Assembly: GCA_963668675.2 (NCBI GenBank)
Contig: CAXXMB010000001.1
Location: forward strand, 1,344,001-1,408,000
Origin: an uncultured Desulfatitalea sp.
Lineage (GTDB): Bacteria; Desulfobacterota; Desulfobacteria; Desulfobacterales; Desulfosarcinaceae
Direction: 5' to 3'
Length of the DNA stretch: 64,000 bases
Shown in pieces: positions 27,082 to 37,570 of this stretch (position 1 is its first letter; each line of letters starts with the position of its first letter). Under the pieces are notes generated by a model. It was not told the DNA's origin. It saw nothing but the letters and a program-made list of their open reading frames with translations, and made no database searches. Made by a program: the position numbers and the translations under genes.

Positions 27082-27329
27082 ATTCGACCCAAACCAAAAT
27101 AGAGCCCAGGTGGCTCTCTTTAAAGGCTGCATCAGACTATAGCAACATCGGAGTAAAGCGCCTTAAAAAACTGGCCGAGGAAGGCAGAGTAAAAGGGTTT
27201 CAGGACCCGGACTCGGGCCGGGGAGATTGGGTTTTTGATCGACTGTCGATCGATGCCTACCGGGAGCGCCAGGACCCGGACAAAGAACTGGACAGAAAAT
27301 GTATTGCTATTTTAAATCGGCTCAAATAA
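27078..27329 (+). CDS. Excisionase / recombination directionality factor (MerR-like HTH)
   Basis: PRWLSLKAASDYSNIG...W.FDRLSIDAY; immediately upstream of integrase. Confidence 0.8.
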   Translation: MNSTQTKIEPRWLSLKAASDYSNIGVKRLKKLAEEGRVKGFQDPDSGRGDWVFDRLSIDAYRERQDPDKELDRKCIAILNRLK

Positions 27330-27340
27330 TTCCATCCCCC

Positions 27341-28321
27341 ATGAGGCTGTATCAGCGAAATGGGTGGTATCACGTTGAATTCAAGCGTGGGAAATCCCTG
27401 TCCTTAAAAACCAAGGACGAGGAAACCGCCATCAAACTGTTCAAAAAGCTTGAGGAAAAATCTCTCGAAAGCCGCCTTCAACTGCTCGACGAAACCGACC
27501 GGATCACCATCAGCAAGTTTAAAAAGCGATACGTCGAATCCCGCTTCCACCTGTCAAGCAGCACCACCCGGGCCGACGAACTGGCGCTCAGGCTCCTGGC
27601 CGATGTTGTCGGCCACGATAAGCCCATGAAGCTGATCAACCAAAGATCGATCGATGAATTCATAAGCGTCTGCCATGCCCGGGGCGTTGTTAACGATTCG
27701 ATCAACACCTATCTGCGCCATCTGAGGGCGGCATTCAACACGGCCAATCGGTACGGCTATATCAAGTCGACCCCATCGTTCCGGCCGCTTCCCAAAAAGA
27801 AAAAGCTCCATCGGGTATTATCAAGCGATGAGATCAACACCCTTTTGAAGCACACCAAGTCGGTCGACGTCGACATGTGGCGTATCATGCTGTTCGGTCT
27901 TTGGACCGGATGCCGGCGCAAAGAGATACTCGAAGCCCTATGGCAGGATGTCGTTTCAAACCAAAAGGGAGATCCATTCGTTAGAATCATCGGCAAGGGA
28001 GACAACGAACGGCGCGTACCTTTACTTCCGGGCGCCCTCGAGGCCCTTGGCGAAAAGAAGGATATAGGCCCCATATTTCGGCAGTTCAACAAGGATACGG
28101 TCTCTCACAGGTTTCAAAACTACTGCGGGGACGTTGGCATCCAGGGGGCCAAATTTCACAGCCTACGACACACAGCTGCGACGTTCATGGTCTCCAAGGG
28201 GATCAAGCTCGAGTTGATCCAAAAGGTCCTCGGGCATTCGGATATTCGGACCACTCAAATCTATGCCGAGATCTATGATGAAGTGGTACTTAAGGAGATG
28301 GGAAAGCTCAATTTCGACTAA
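27341..28321 (+). CDS. Phage tyrosine integrase
   Basis: TGCRRKE, GKGDNER, HSLRHTAAT, LGHSDIRTTQIY catalytic motifs. Confidence 0.95.
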   Translation: MRLYQRNGWYHVEFKRGKSLSLKTKDEETAIKLFKKLEEKSLESRLQLLDETDRITISKFKKRYVESRFHLSSSTTRADELALRLLADVVGHDKPMKLINQRSIDEFISVCHARGVVNDSINTYLRHLRAAFNTANRYGYIKSTPSFRPLPKKKKLHRVLSSDEINTLLKHTKSVDVDMWRIMLFGLWTGCRRKEILEALWQDVVSNQKGDPFVRIIGKGDNERRVPLLPGALEALGEKKDIGPIFRQFNKDTVSHRFQNYCGDVGIQGAKFHSLRHTAATFMVSKGIKLELIQKVLGHSDIRTTQIYAEIYDEVVLKEMGKLNFD

Positions 28322-28391
28322 AAATTTTTGGTGATCATGCAGGCAAAATTCACACAAATTTCTATAACCCACTGTAATTATGGGCAAGATA

Positions 28392-28442
28392 AACTGATTC
28401 GTAATCAGCAGGTCCGCGGTTCAAGTCCGCGCGCCGGCTCCA
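28392..28442 (+). other. attR core: 3' half of tRNA-Thr(CGT)
   Basis: Anticodon arm CTGAT-TCGTA-ATCAG, T arm GGTTCAAGTCC, ends CCA; no D arm or 5' acceptor strand upstream. Confidence 0.85.
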
Positions 28443-28672
28443 TCATCGAATATTCAATAGTGGGCCGTTTCAATATCACAAGTTGCCTCCCCGGATACCG
28501 ACAACATCACCTCGTCCATTTGCGGACTTGACACATTGAATTGGCCCGTATATTCTTCCATCCATATGAATTTATTCCCAAACAAGGTGTTACGAGCTGT
28601 ATCGAAGCGTGCACCTTGAAACGTAACGATACTTAAACCCGACTCATATAGCCATTTTGGAGCGAGGTTTCA

Positions 28673-29014
28673 ATGAAATGCATCGATGTGATCGAAGGAA
28701 CCGTAAAAAGCATCTTAACCAAGGTGCAGGCGGTCAGCATCGAAGATCGACTCGATGATACCGAGTATGTGCGCATGGTCAAAGCGATTATAGATGCGAC
28801 GGATCAATTTGTAGGCGACAACCCGGAATTGGTGGATGACCCGCGGTTGTTGAATCGTGTCCTATATGAATTTTCCCGCACACTATGGTTGACGAATCAA
28901 CAGGCGGAAGAAAAGACGCCGGACGACACATCTCTAACGGCCAATTCTGATAGCGCAGAATACCAAACCTATTACTACGACTACCTGTATCATCGCGGCA
29001 ACTATCCCCGTTAA
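28673..29014 (+). CDS. Hypothetical protein
   Basis: GAGG RBS; 113 aa ORF. Confidence 0.7.
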   Translation: MKCIDVIEGTVKSILTKVQAVSIEDRLDDTEYVRMVKAIIDATDQFVGDNPELVDDPRLLNRVLYEFSRTLWLTNQQAEEKTPDDTSLTANSDSAEYQTYYYDYLYHRGNYPR

Positions 29015-29098
29015 AGTGCACAGACTGCCAATGGGTGTCCCGTGGTGTCACAGAAGAGATGATGAAACAAAGATACAAACGACAAAGGAAGCTGCACG

Positions 29099-29230
29099 AT
29101 GAGAGAAATTGAGGACCGCGATCTGAAAAGTGAAATCGACCAAATTTCCGAACGAATCGATGCCATTGTACAGCAGGTGGAGAAACTCGATCCGGCCAGA
29201 AAAGAGGAGCCGGATAATGATCGGGGATAA
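29099..29230 (+). CDS. Putative 43-aa coiled-coil protein
   Basis: AAGGA RBS; MREIEDRDLKSEIDQISERIDAIVQQVEKL... read by hand. Confidence 0.4.
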   Translation: MREIEDRDLKSEIDQISERIDAIVQQVEKLDPARKEEPDNDRG

Positions 29231-29379
29231 CTCCCTCCAGGAAAGCGTTGTCCCTGATCGGCTGGTCCAGATGTTCTGTATCAGATCCACTGCAATCGGC
29301 AGATGCGGCCGAAAGTTTTATTTGAAAGCTCTTGGGAGCCATCTATTTAACCGTGCAGGTTAACCATGCAGGAGAGATC

Positions 29380-29655
29380 ATGGCATTAACGAAGAGCGAC
29401 ATTGTCGCACGTGTAAACGATTTGGGTTTTACCCAGAAGAGATCCGCAGAGGTCGTCGAATCCCTGCTCGAGATCATCAAGCACTGTCTCGAAGAAGGTG
29501 AAGATGTCCTTGTTTCGGGTTTTGGGAAATTCTGCATAAAAGACAAGCGCCCCCGACGCGGCCGCAACCCCGCCACCGGAGAAGATTTGATGCTCGACCG
29601 ACGCAAAGTCGTTACCTTCAAATGTTCCGGGAAATTGAGAGAAAAGATAAACTAG
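29380..29655 (+). CDS. ihfA: Integration host factor subunit alpha
   Basis: MALTKSDIV, VLVSGFGKF, RRGRNPATGE. Confidence 0.85.
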   Translation: MALTKSDIVARVNDLGFTQKRSAEVVESLLEIIKHCLEEGEDVLVSGFGKFCIKDKRPRRGRNPATGEDLMLDRRKVVTFKCSGKLREKIN

Positions 29656-31370
29656 GCCGCACGCATCTTTTCTTCCTCTGTCAGCCAAACGGTTTGATAG
29701 GGTGACAACTGAATCTTCGCGGAGGAAATGAAAGATTTCCCGGTCAGCAGATCTTTCAAGGGCCCTCCAGGACAACAGGCACCCAAAGAGACCGTCAGGG
29801 GGTCTTCACTGACAGAGGTCAACGCATATAGGGTCTGCTCCCTGCAACCTCTACACACGGCAAACAGTTGCGAACCTAAAGAGAGCACCTTGAAATCGGC
29901 ATTGGGATGAAATGCCGGCTGCTTCCTTCGTGCGGAGAGCAATGCATTGTAAGCGCCGAAAACAGTTGCCCGGAAACTGTCGGGGTCATTCAACTCCCCA
30001 ACGACACATTCCAAATCTAAAGGCTGGCGATTGATAGTGCGATTGCGTCCGGTTTGGGCAACCCCCTCTTTCCAGTTTCGAGATCCCAAAAGACTGTGCA
30101 GATAGACGGCCGGAACACCCGGAAGTGACAAGGCGATGGCCTGGGACGCCAGAAACCGGCTTGCGTGCAGCGCCGTCCCGCGCTGACCGTCCGTGCCCAT
30201 GGCATCGACATAGGTCACGTTTAACTCGTACGGGCTGCTGCTGCCGTCACTGTTGCGCTTTAGCGAAACCTCTCCCCCGCATTTGCGGACATGGGCGATG
30301 ATCGCCTGGATCTGTCCGTCACTCAAAATGCCCTCCAGCGGCCTTACGCCGATGCCGTCATGGGACGCAGTAAAATTGAGGAAGGTGGTCTCTTTCGATG
30401 GCGCAATCAGTTGGTCGGCCCATCGGGAGAGAAGATCGGTATTGGTGGTGGTAAAGGCGTGCAACAACAGCGGGGGAAGGGAGAAGTTATAGACCAGCTG
30501 CGCCTCATCCGAGCCATTGCCAAAATAGCTGATGTTCTCCTCATGGGGAACGTTGGTCTCGGTGATGATGACCATATCCGGCGCCACCAAATCCAAAACG
30601 GCCCGAAAAAGCTTAACCAGTGCGTGGGCTTCGGGGCGGTGGATGCAATCCGTACCTGCCTCTTTCCATACGTAGGCCACCGCATCCATGCGAATAAAAC
30701 GCGCCCCATGCGCCGCGTAGACGAGCAGTACATCGATCATGCGACACAGCACATCGACACTTCGATAGTTCAGATCGATCTGATCGGCACTGAAGGTGGT
30801 CCAAAGGTGCACCTTCCGGCCGGATGCCTTGACAAAGGGTGTCAGCAACGGATGCGTTCGGGGTCGAACCACTTCGGAGAGATCTGCATCCGGCGACATC
30901 TCTATGGCCAGATCCTCGTATCCTTGAAGGCCCTCAAGGTAGTGTTTGAACCAATCGCTTTGGGCCGATATATGATTGAGAACAAAATCGAACATCAAAT
31001 CGAAGTCGGATGCGAGTCGATCCACATCATCCCAGGTCCCAGTGGTCGGATTGACATGCAGGTAGTCGATGACCGAAAAACCGTCGTCTGAAGAGTAAGG
31101 ATAAAATGGAAGGAGATGGATCGTTGAGATTGAACGAGTGAGATAGCTGGCAACAAAATCGCTGAGGGCCTGTAACGGATATTCGCCCCGGCGTCGGAGG
31201 CCGTCGGCGTAAGTCACCAGGACGATATCGTTCTCGCTAAAACGAGTACCCGCCTGCACGCTGCCGGCCTTGAAGCGATCCACCATCTGCATGACCTGTT
31301 CGAAGGCCGATCGCCCCTTTGGTCCGTATATATCCCTCAGCAGCTGTTCAATTTTCGCCACTGCCGACAT
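29652..31370 (-). CDS. GH13_18 sucrose/glucosylglycerate phosphorylase-like
   Basis: HLLPFYPYSSDDGF, WTTFSADQIDLN, RMDAVAY, ITETNVPH, ASHDGIG. Confidence 0.9.
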   Translation of the reverse strand: MSAVAKIEQLLRDIYGPKGRSAFEQVMQMVDRFKAGSVQAGTRFSENDIVLVTYADGLRRRGEYPLQALSDFVASYLTRSISTIHLLPFYPYSSDDGFSVIDYLHVNPTTGTWDDVDRLASDFDLMFDFVLNHISAQSDWFKHYLEGLQGYEDLAIEMSPDADLSEVVRPRTHPLLTPFVKASGRKVHLWTTFSADQIDLNYRSVDVLCRMIDVLLVYAAHGARFIRMDAVAYVWKEAGTDCIHRPEAHALVKLFRAVLDLVAPDMVIITETNVPHEENISYFGNGSDEAQLVYNFSLPPLLLHAFTTTNTDLLSRWADQLIAPSKETTFLNFTASHDGIGVRPLEGILSDGQIQAIIAHVRKCGGEVSLKRNSDGSSSPYELNVTYVDAMGTDGQRGTALHASRFLASQAIALSLPGVPAVYLHSLLGSRNWKEGVAQTGRNRTINRQPLDLECVVGELNDPDSFRATVFGAYNALLSARRKQPAFHPNADFKVLSLGSQLFAVCRGCREQTLYALTSVSEDPLTVSLGACCPGGPLKDLLTGKSFISSAKIQLSPYQTVWLTEEEKMRAA

Positions 31371-31474
31371 GGCTCACCTCTGCAGCACACCTTCCTTTAG
31401 AGCAGTTATCAGAAAAAAACGCCCTCTTGAACCGTTCTTTAAGGTCATGGCGATCACGCCGAAGCCTTCACCAT

Positions 31475-32131
31475 TTAGACCGGCATCCCTCTCTTAAACG
31501 CTTTTAACGCATCTGGCATCATGCGACGGATAAACACCTGTCGATCCCTGTCGATCAGGGTTTTGTACTCCGAATAGCCTGGATGGGTTTCGGACAGCAG
31601 AGGGGGATCTTGCTGACACAGAATGGCGATCTGGTCGAATTGGCGCACCATTTCAAACAGGGGGTATTGCGTAGCGCAGAAGCGGGAGAGCCACCCCAAA
31701 CGGCGCATCATTTCGAAGCGGATGTGATCCAAAAGAAACAGATGGATATCGACAATCGTCATCTGCTCGCGCTTTTCAACGGAACCGAACGTTGCTTGGT
31801 GGCCAAACCCCAAAAATGATAGGATCATACTGTAAAAAAAATCGTTGTTTACTTCGGAAGGCTCCGCCAGCTGACACAACACATGCTGCTGAAAATCGTT
31901 GAGGCGTGTCCTGGTACTTAAGGGCTCTTTGAAGCGCTGACGCCACACCTTCAGTCCCGCCTCGAAGGCGCTCTTATCGCGATATTCGGCCAAGCGAACA
32001 ATTTCACCCATGACGTCACCAATTTGGTGTGGATCTCCTGCCGGTTGCCATTTTTTCAACAGTGGTTTTAAGCATATCAACTTTGAAAAGGGATGAACAG
32101 CCTCATCTTCGGCCTCGTTTGCGTCAAGCAA
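31475..32131 (-). CDS. Hypothetical protein
   Basis: 218 aa ORF overlapping the upstream regulator's stop. Confidence 0.7.
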   Translation of the reverse strand: MLDANEAEDEAVHPFSKLICLKPLLKKWQPAGDPHQIGDVMGEIVRLAEYRDKSAFEAGLKVWRQRFKEPLSTRTRLNDFQQHVLCQLAEPSEVNNDFFYSMILSFLGFGHQATFGSVEKREQMTIVDIHLFLLDHIRFEMMRRLGWLSRFCATQYPLFEMVRQFDQIAILCQQDPPLLSETHPGYSEYKTLIDRDRQVFIRRMMPDALKAFKRGMPV

Positions 32132-33557
32132 GCTGATACATGGTCTTCTTGCGCCACAGGGTCACTCTGGATATGCCAAGTGCCTTGGCAGCTGCGGTCT
32201 GGTTCCCCTGGTGAAGATCGAGAGCCTCCATGATCGCTCTTTTTTCCGATTCGATCCTCATCGCTTTGGATTGGCTTGCAGACGGTGTGTACAAATGGCC
32301 ATGCAGCGCTCTGGCCTGGACGCTCTGTTGTTTGATTTGATCGGGGAGTGATTCAGGCAGCAGCGTTTTGTCGCGACTCATGGCCAGTGCATGTTCGATC
32401 GCATTTTGGAGCTCGCGGATATTGCCAGGCCAATGATAGCTGTAAAGTTGCTTGTGCGCTTCGGGCGAGATCTCGGTGAAGCGTTTGTGCTTCGGCTGTT
32501 TTCGGATAAACTGTTCCGCCAGTTTGATGATATCCTCGGGCCGATCGCGAAGAGGAGGGATATCGATCGGTATGACAGATATGCGGTAGTAGAGATCCAG
32601 CCTGAAAGCGCCCTCCTCCGCTCTCTTGTGAAGATTCTGATTGGTTGCGCAGATGATACGCAAATCGACCGGATAGCTTCGGTCATCTCCCACAGGCCTG
32701 ATCTCGTTCTCCTGCAAGACGCGCAGCAATTTGACCTGCAACCTTTTTTCCATGTCGCCGATCTCGTCTAGGAATAGAGTCCCGCCCTCGGCCTCCTTGA
32801 ACAGGCCCGGACGATTGGAAACCGCCCCCGTGAATGCCCCTTTCACATGACCGAACAGTTCCGATTCGAGCAAATCCCCTGGAAGAGCACCGCAATTGAC
32901 CGCCACAAAAGGCTTTTTCCGCCGCGAACTTTGAGCGTGGATCGCCCGCGCCGCCACCTCCTTGCCAACCCCTGTCTCACCAGTGATCAGAACGGGTGAA
33001 TCCACTTCCGCACATCGCAAAAGGGTGTAAAACACAGTCTCCATGGCCTTTCCCGTGCCGATCATTTGCGTTTGCAGGGACTCTTGTCTCATTCTGCGAC
33101 GCACATGGAAAAGCTCGCGCTCTATCTCTTCCAAACTCTTTTGGGCGCTGATATCCGAAAGGAGCATATTGAAAGAGACCGGACGCCCGGAGCCGTCTCG
33201 ATTGACCGTGGTGTGAAAAAGCACGGGAATCTTGACTTTGTCTTTGCGACCGTAAACATAAAATTCATACTGGACGGCGGATTCATTCTTATGGAGTTTA
33301 TCGACAGCATCCTTTATAAACTCAGCCTCCTCGGGCTTAACCAGCGTCAGCATGTCGCGCCCGATCAACTTTTCCCTTCGGGCGCCGGTCAGTTCCAGAA
33401 AGGTCTCGTTTACATCCATCAGCACAAAATTGAGATCGACCAACCAATAGCTGATTTTCAAATAGTCCAGCATTCGCTTCATATCGACATAGTCAGGTAT
33501 GGGGATATCGTTCGCTCGACCATTCATAACGCGATCTCCGAGGCAGTTTGTTTCCAA
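32124..33557 (-). CDS. PAS-domain sigma54-dependent activator (Fis HTH); start uncertain
   Basis: [33 protein letters not shown]. Confidence 0.93.
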   Translation of the reverse strand: METNCLGDRVMNGRANDIPIPDYVDMKRMLDYLKISYWLVDLNFVLMDVNETFLELTGARREKLIGRDMLTLVKPEEAEFIKDAVDKLHKNESAVQYEFYVYGRKDKVKIPVLFHTTVNRDGSGRPVSFNMLLSDISAQKSLEEIERELFHVRRRMRQESLQTQMIGTGKAMETVFYTLLRCAEVDSPVLITGETGVGKEVAARAIHAQSSRRKKPFVAVNCGALPGDLLESELFGHVKGAFTGAVSNRPGLFKEAEGGTLFLDEIGDMEKRLQVKLLRVLQENEIRPVGDDRSYPVDLRIICATNQNLHKRAEEGAFRLDLYYRISVIPIDIPPLRDRPEDIIKLAEQFIRKQPKHKRFTEISPEAHKQLYSYHWPGNIRELQNAIEHALAMSRDKTLLPESLPDQIKQQSVQARALHGHLYTPSASQSKAMRIESEKRAIMEALDLHQGNQTAAAKALGISRVTLWRKKTMYQLA

Positions 33558-33669
33558 TCCCTAATGTTGCAACACTGATTCAACACTATCAGGATTTCTG
33601 CAACAGTGTCAATGGCCTCAAAAGGCCTCAATCTCTAAATTTTCAGCAATTTATATCGTATCAGCTTCT

Positions 33670-33686
33670 TGGGCACGAATCGTGCT
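33670..33686 (+). promoter_or_regulatory. sigma54 (-24/-12) promoter
   Basis: TGGGCACGAATCGTGCT = GG-N10-GC, upstream of the operon and divergent from a sigma54 activator. Confidence 0.75.
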
Positions 33687-33828
33687 GCTTATTGCTGACT
33701 ATGAAGAAAAAAGCGCGAAAGCGCAATAAATCAAGCTCATCACCATTCGCAATACCCCCTTGTCCAATTGCATGCCTGCGCCCTCCGGGGGCATTTTTGA
33801 CTCAGGATCCACCATATGGAGATCTCAC

Positions 33829-35445
33829 ATGAGCATCATCGAAACCAGGATCGACACCCAATCCGATTCGTATCTCGAAAATTTCAAATCCAATACCGAA
33901 CGCTTGGCAGAACTGAGGGCCGAGTTGGACAAAGCTGCCCACCAAAGATCACCAAAGGCGCTGAAACGGCTGCAAGAGACAGGCAAACTGACGGTTGAGA
34001 AGAAGCTGGACCTGCTCCTCGACCGCAATACACCGTTTCTGGAGGTGGCGCCCTTAGCCGCCAAAGGCATGTATGACGGCAAGATACACAAGGCCGGCAT
34101 CGTTGCCGGCATTGGGGTCATCCATGGCAAAGAGGTATTCGTCTCCGCCAATGACGCGAGCATCAAAGGGGGCGCCAGCTATCCCATGACGGTCAAGAAA
34201 GCGTTGCGCTGTCAGACCATCGTCATGGAGAATCGCCTGCCCATGATCAATCTGACAGACGCAGCCGGTGCCTTCCTCCCCCTCCAATCGGAAATATTTC
34301 CGGATATCGATGACGGCGGCCGCACATTTTACAACCAAGCCATGATGTCCAAAATGAAGATCCCCCAGATCACAGCGGTAATGGGATTGTGCACTGCTGG
34401 TGGCGCATATGTGCCGGCCATGAGCGACGAAGTGGTCCATGTGAAAGGGCATGGTGCCATCTTTCTGGGCGGCCCGCCGCTGGTCAAGGCTGCGACCGGA
34501 GAGGAGGTGACGGCGGATGAACTCGGAGGCGCTGAGCTGCACTGCAGCGAATCGGGTGTTTCGGATTACCTTGCCGAGGACGATGCCCATGCCATCGCCA
34601 TCATTCGTGACATCGTCTCCCACCTGCCCGACACTCCCAAAGCGCGGTTGACCGTCAAGGATTCCCGTCCGCCCTTGTATCCGACGGAAGAGATCTACGG
34701 CATCATCCCCAGAGAGATCGCCACGCCGTATGATATCCGTGAGGTGATCGCACGCATCGTAGACGGAAGTGAATTCTTAGAATTTAAAGCATTGTACGGC
34801 CCGACCCTGGTGTGTGGATTTTCCCATATTCACGGCTACCCGGTGGGGATTCTCGCCAACAACGGGATTCTCTTCTCCGAAAGCGCCCTCAAAGGCACCC
34901 AGTTCATCCAGATATGTGACCGGCGCAAAATCCCTTTGGTGTTTCTGCAAAACATCACCGGATTCATCATCGGGCGGGAGTACGAACGCGGCGGCATCAC
35001 CAAAAACGGCCACAAGATGGTCAATGCCGTGGCCACCTGCACGGTCCCCAAGTTCACTGTGATCGTTGGTGCCTCTTTTGGCGCCGGCAACTACGCCATG
35101 TGCGGCCGAGCCTATTCGCCACGATTTTTATGGATGTGGCCCAACTCCCAAATCGGTGTCATGGGCGGCGCTCAGGCGGCTGACGTGCTGATCACCATTC
35201 AGAACGACCAACGCAAAAGAAGCGGACAGCCCCCCTTGAACGACGAGGAAGTGGCCTTCCTGAAAGACCCGGTCATCCAGGCGGCCATCAAAGAGGGGGA
35301 CGCCTACTACAGCACGTCCAATCTGTGGGACGACGGCATTCTCGACCCGGCTAAAACCCGGGATGTGTTGGGACTGGCCATATCGGCCAGCCTGAATGCG
35401 CCCATCCGGGATGATCTTTTTGGCTATGGCACTTTCAGAATGTAG
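33829..35445 (+). CDS. Acyl-CoA carboxylase carboxyltransferase subunit (MccB/AtuC-like)
   Basis: CTAGGAYVPAMSDE, GGPPLVKAATGE, QNITGF, GAGNYAMCGRAY. Confidence 0.9.
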   Translation: MSIIETRIDTQSDSYLENFKSNTERLAELRAELDKAAHQRSPKALKRLQETGKLTVEKKLDLLLDRNTPFLEVAPLAAKGMYDGKIHKAGIVAGIGVIHGKEVFVSANDASIKGGASYPMTVKKALRCQTIVMENRLPMINLTDAAGAFLPLQSEIFPDIDDGGRTFYNQAMMSKMKIPQITAVMGLCTAGGAYVPAMSDEVVHVKGHGAIFLGGPPLVKAATGEEVTADELGGAELHCSESGVSDYLAEDDAHAIAIIRDIVSHLPDTPKARLTVKDSRPPLYPTEEIYGIIPREIATPYDIREVIARIVDGSEFLEFKALYGPTLVCGFSHIHGYPVGILANNGILFSESALKGTQFIQICDRRKIPLVFLQNITGFIIGREYERGGITKNGHKMVNAVATCTVPKFTVIVGASFGAGNYAMCGRAYSPRFLWMWPNSQIGVMGGAQAADVLITIQNDQRKRSGQPPLNDEEVAFLKDPVIQAAIKEGDAYYSTSNLWDDGILDPAKTRDVLGLAISASLNAPIRDDLFGYGTFRM

Positions 35446-35448
35446 CAG

Positions 35449-36954
35449 ATGGGGAAGCAAACGATGTTCCAGAAAATCCTTATTGCAAACCGGGGCGAAA
35501 TCGCCGTCCGGATCATGAGAACCTGCCGGGAGATGGGCATCGCCACGGTGGCGGTCTATTCCGACGTCGACGACAGTGCTCTGCATGTTCTAAGTGCGGA
35601 TGAAGCGGTGCACATCGGGCCAGCCGAACCGGCTCAAAGCTATCTGAATATTGAGAAGATTATCGCTGCAGCACAAGCCACGGGCGCTCAGGCGATCCAT
35701 CCGGGATATGGCTTTCTGGCTGAAAACGCCCGATTTGCCAAAGCCTGCGATGAGAACGACATCGTCTTCATCGGCCCGCCGCCTGAGGTGATCGAAAAGT
35801 TGGGCGATAAAATCGTCGCACGCCGAATCATGTCCGATAGCGGTGTACCGGTCACCCCCGGCACCGCCGTCACTTCAAAGGATGATCGCGAATGGTCCCA
35901 TGCGGCAAACCAGCTGGGATACCCGGTTCTTGTTAAAGCCGCTGCCGGCGGCGGCGGCAAAGGGATGCGGATCGTGCACGCAGTGGACGATCTGGTAACC
36001 AGCTGCCGCGCTGCTGCAAGCGAGGCCCAGGCCGCTTTTGGAGACGACACCGTCTATTTGGAGAAGTACCTGGACCGTATCCGCCATGTGGAGATCCAGA
36101 TTTTGTGCGACGCAGAAGGCAATGCCATTCATCTTCTGGAGCGGGAGTGCTCCATCCAGCGCCGGCACCAGAAGATCATCGAGGAGACGCCCTCCACCGC
36201 CTTGTCGGAAGCGCTGCGATCGCGCATGGGTGAGGCCGCGGTAAAGGCGGCCAAGGCATCCGGGTATGTCAACGCCGGAACCGTAGAATTCCTGCTCGAT
36301 CCCCAAGGCGCGTTCTACTTCCTGGAGGTCAACACGCGTCTGCAGGTCGAGCATCCGATCACCGAAATGATCACCGGTATCGATCTGGTGCGGCACCAAA
36401 TCGAAATCGCGGCTGGTCAACCACTGGCACTCTCCCAGGATGAAATCGACGGTCGTGGTCACGCCATCGAGTGCCGGATCTATGCCGAGGACCCTGAAAA
36501 TCAGTTTTTCCCATCACCGGGAAAGATTCAATTTCTCAAGGAGCCCGCCGGGCCTGGCGTCCGAAACGACTGCGGGGTCTATAGCGGTTTTGAAGTGCCG
36601 GTGGAGTACGACCCGATTCTCTCCAAACTCGTCGTGCACGCGGAGACGCGGGAGTTGGCGATCCGCCGGATGATCAGGGCCCTGCAAAACTATGCAATTA
36701 TAGGTGTCAAATCGGCAGTGGGATTTCTGATCGACATTCTCGCATCTGAATCTTTCCAAAAGGGGGAGACCTATACGGATTTTATCCAGGCGAATTTTGC
36801 CCAGTGGGAACAGGCCCATATAGAAAAAGAGGTGGCAGCGGCCGCCTATATAGCAGACACCCTGCTGGCCATCCAAGGTAGCCCCGCATCCACAACACGT
36901 CCAGCGGAAGGCCCGACGCCGCTGTGGCAAGTGCTGGGCAATTGGCGATTGTAA
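35449..36954 (+). CDS. Biotin carboxylase subunit
   Basis: ANRGEIA, HPGYGFLAEN, RECSIQRRHQK, EVNTRLQVEHP. Confidence 0.95.
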   Translation: MGKQTMFQKILIANRGEIAVRIMRTCREMGIATVAVYSDVDDSALHVLSADEAVHIGPAEPAQSYLNIEKIIAAAQATGAQAIHPGYGFLAENARFAKACDENDIVFIGPPPEVIEKLGDKIVARRIMSDSGVPVTPGTAVTSKDDREWSHAANQLGYPVLVKAAAGGGGKGMRIVHAVDDLVTSCRAAASEAQAAFGDDTVYLEKYLDRIRHVEIQILCDAEGNAIHLLERECSIQRRHQKIIEETPSTALSEALRSRMGEAAVKAAKASGYVNAGTVEFLLDPQGAFYFLEVNTRLQVEHPITEMITGIDLVRHQIEIAAGQPLALSQDEIDGRGHAIECRIYAEDPENQFFPSPGKIQFLKEPAGPGVRNDCGVYSGFEVPVEYDPILSKLVVHAETRELAIRRMIRALQNYAIIGVKSAVGFLIDILASESFQKGETYTDFIQANFAQWEQAHIEKEVAAAAYIADTLLAIQGSPASTTRPAEGPTPLWQVLGNWRL

Positions 36955-37003
36955 CAGATGATCTTAGGCTGCATGAATTGATACAAACCGGGGATAATCA
37001 GAA

Positions 37004-37519
37004 ATGGAATACCGTTTAAAAATCGGCGAGGAGATCCTCCCGGTGCAGTGCGGGACTCCCGACAACGGACGCTTTACAGCCGTTATCGATGGAAATGAAA
37101 TCCAAATTATCGCAAGAAGAATATCTTCGCACCAGATGCAACTCGTATTGAACGGTAGAACTGTCACTGTCTTCGTGAATGGCGAAGCAGACGCCAAGGA
37201 GTTGTTTGTCGACGGGAAGAGATGCACCGTAGCAGATGCGGATCTTCTGGAACAGCGGGCTGCCGCTGGAGGCCGGTCCACCGAAAGCACGCCAACTGAT
37301 GTTGCCCCTCCCATGCCTGCGGTGGTCATGAGCGTACTGGTCTCTGAAGGAGATCGGGTCGAACCTTCACAGCCGCTGATCGTTGTCGCGGCCATGAAAA
37401 TGGAGACGACGTTAAGCGCTCCTTATGCAGGCGTCGTCTCCAAGATTCATGTCAAAGAGGGTGACAAAGTCGCAGCCAAACAGACGTTGTTGGACATCGA
37501 GAAATCCGACGCCGAATGA
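37004..37519 (+). CDS. Biotin carboxyl carrier protein
   Basis: AMKME biotinylation motif. Confidence 0.9.
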   Translation: MEYRLKIGEEILPVQCGTPDNGRFTAVIDGNEIQIIARRISSHQMQLVLNGRTVTVFVNGEADAKELFVDGKRCTVADADLLEQRAAAGGRSTESTPTDVAPPMPAVVMSVLVSEGDRVEPSQPLIVVAAMKMETTLSAPYAGVVSKIHVKEGDKVAAKQTLLDIEKSDAE

Positions 37520-37570
37520 CATAACAGGCCCGCTCGGGCAGCACCAAAAGAGGATAAGGAAAAACCGCTT

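Larger units (their letters stand above)
1..28442 (+). mobile_element. Integrated temperate prophage (right part; left end lies upstream of the window)
   Basis: Co-oriented capsid/tail genes, repressor-cro switch, xis and tyrosine integrase, ending in a duplicated tRNA 3' half; housekeeping genes follow. Confidence 0.95.

Noticed and set aside
27341..28321. Phage integrase as the integron integrase (IntI)
   Set aside because: The segment between GKGDNER and HSLRH is short and lacks the IntI-specific insertion. It is paired with xis and a tRNA att site and lies far from the attI-like end.
28381..28442. Functional tRNA-Thr gene
   Set aside because: 5' acceptor strand and D arm are absent.
29380..29655. 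ihfA as part of the prophage
   Set aside because: It lies outside attR among host genes.
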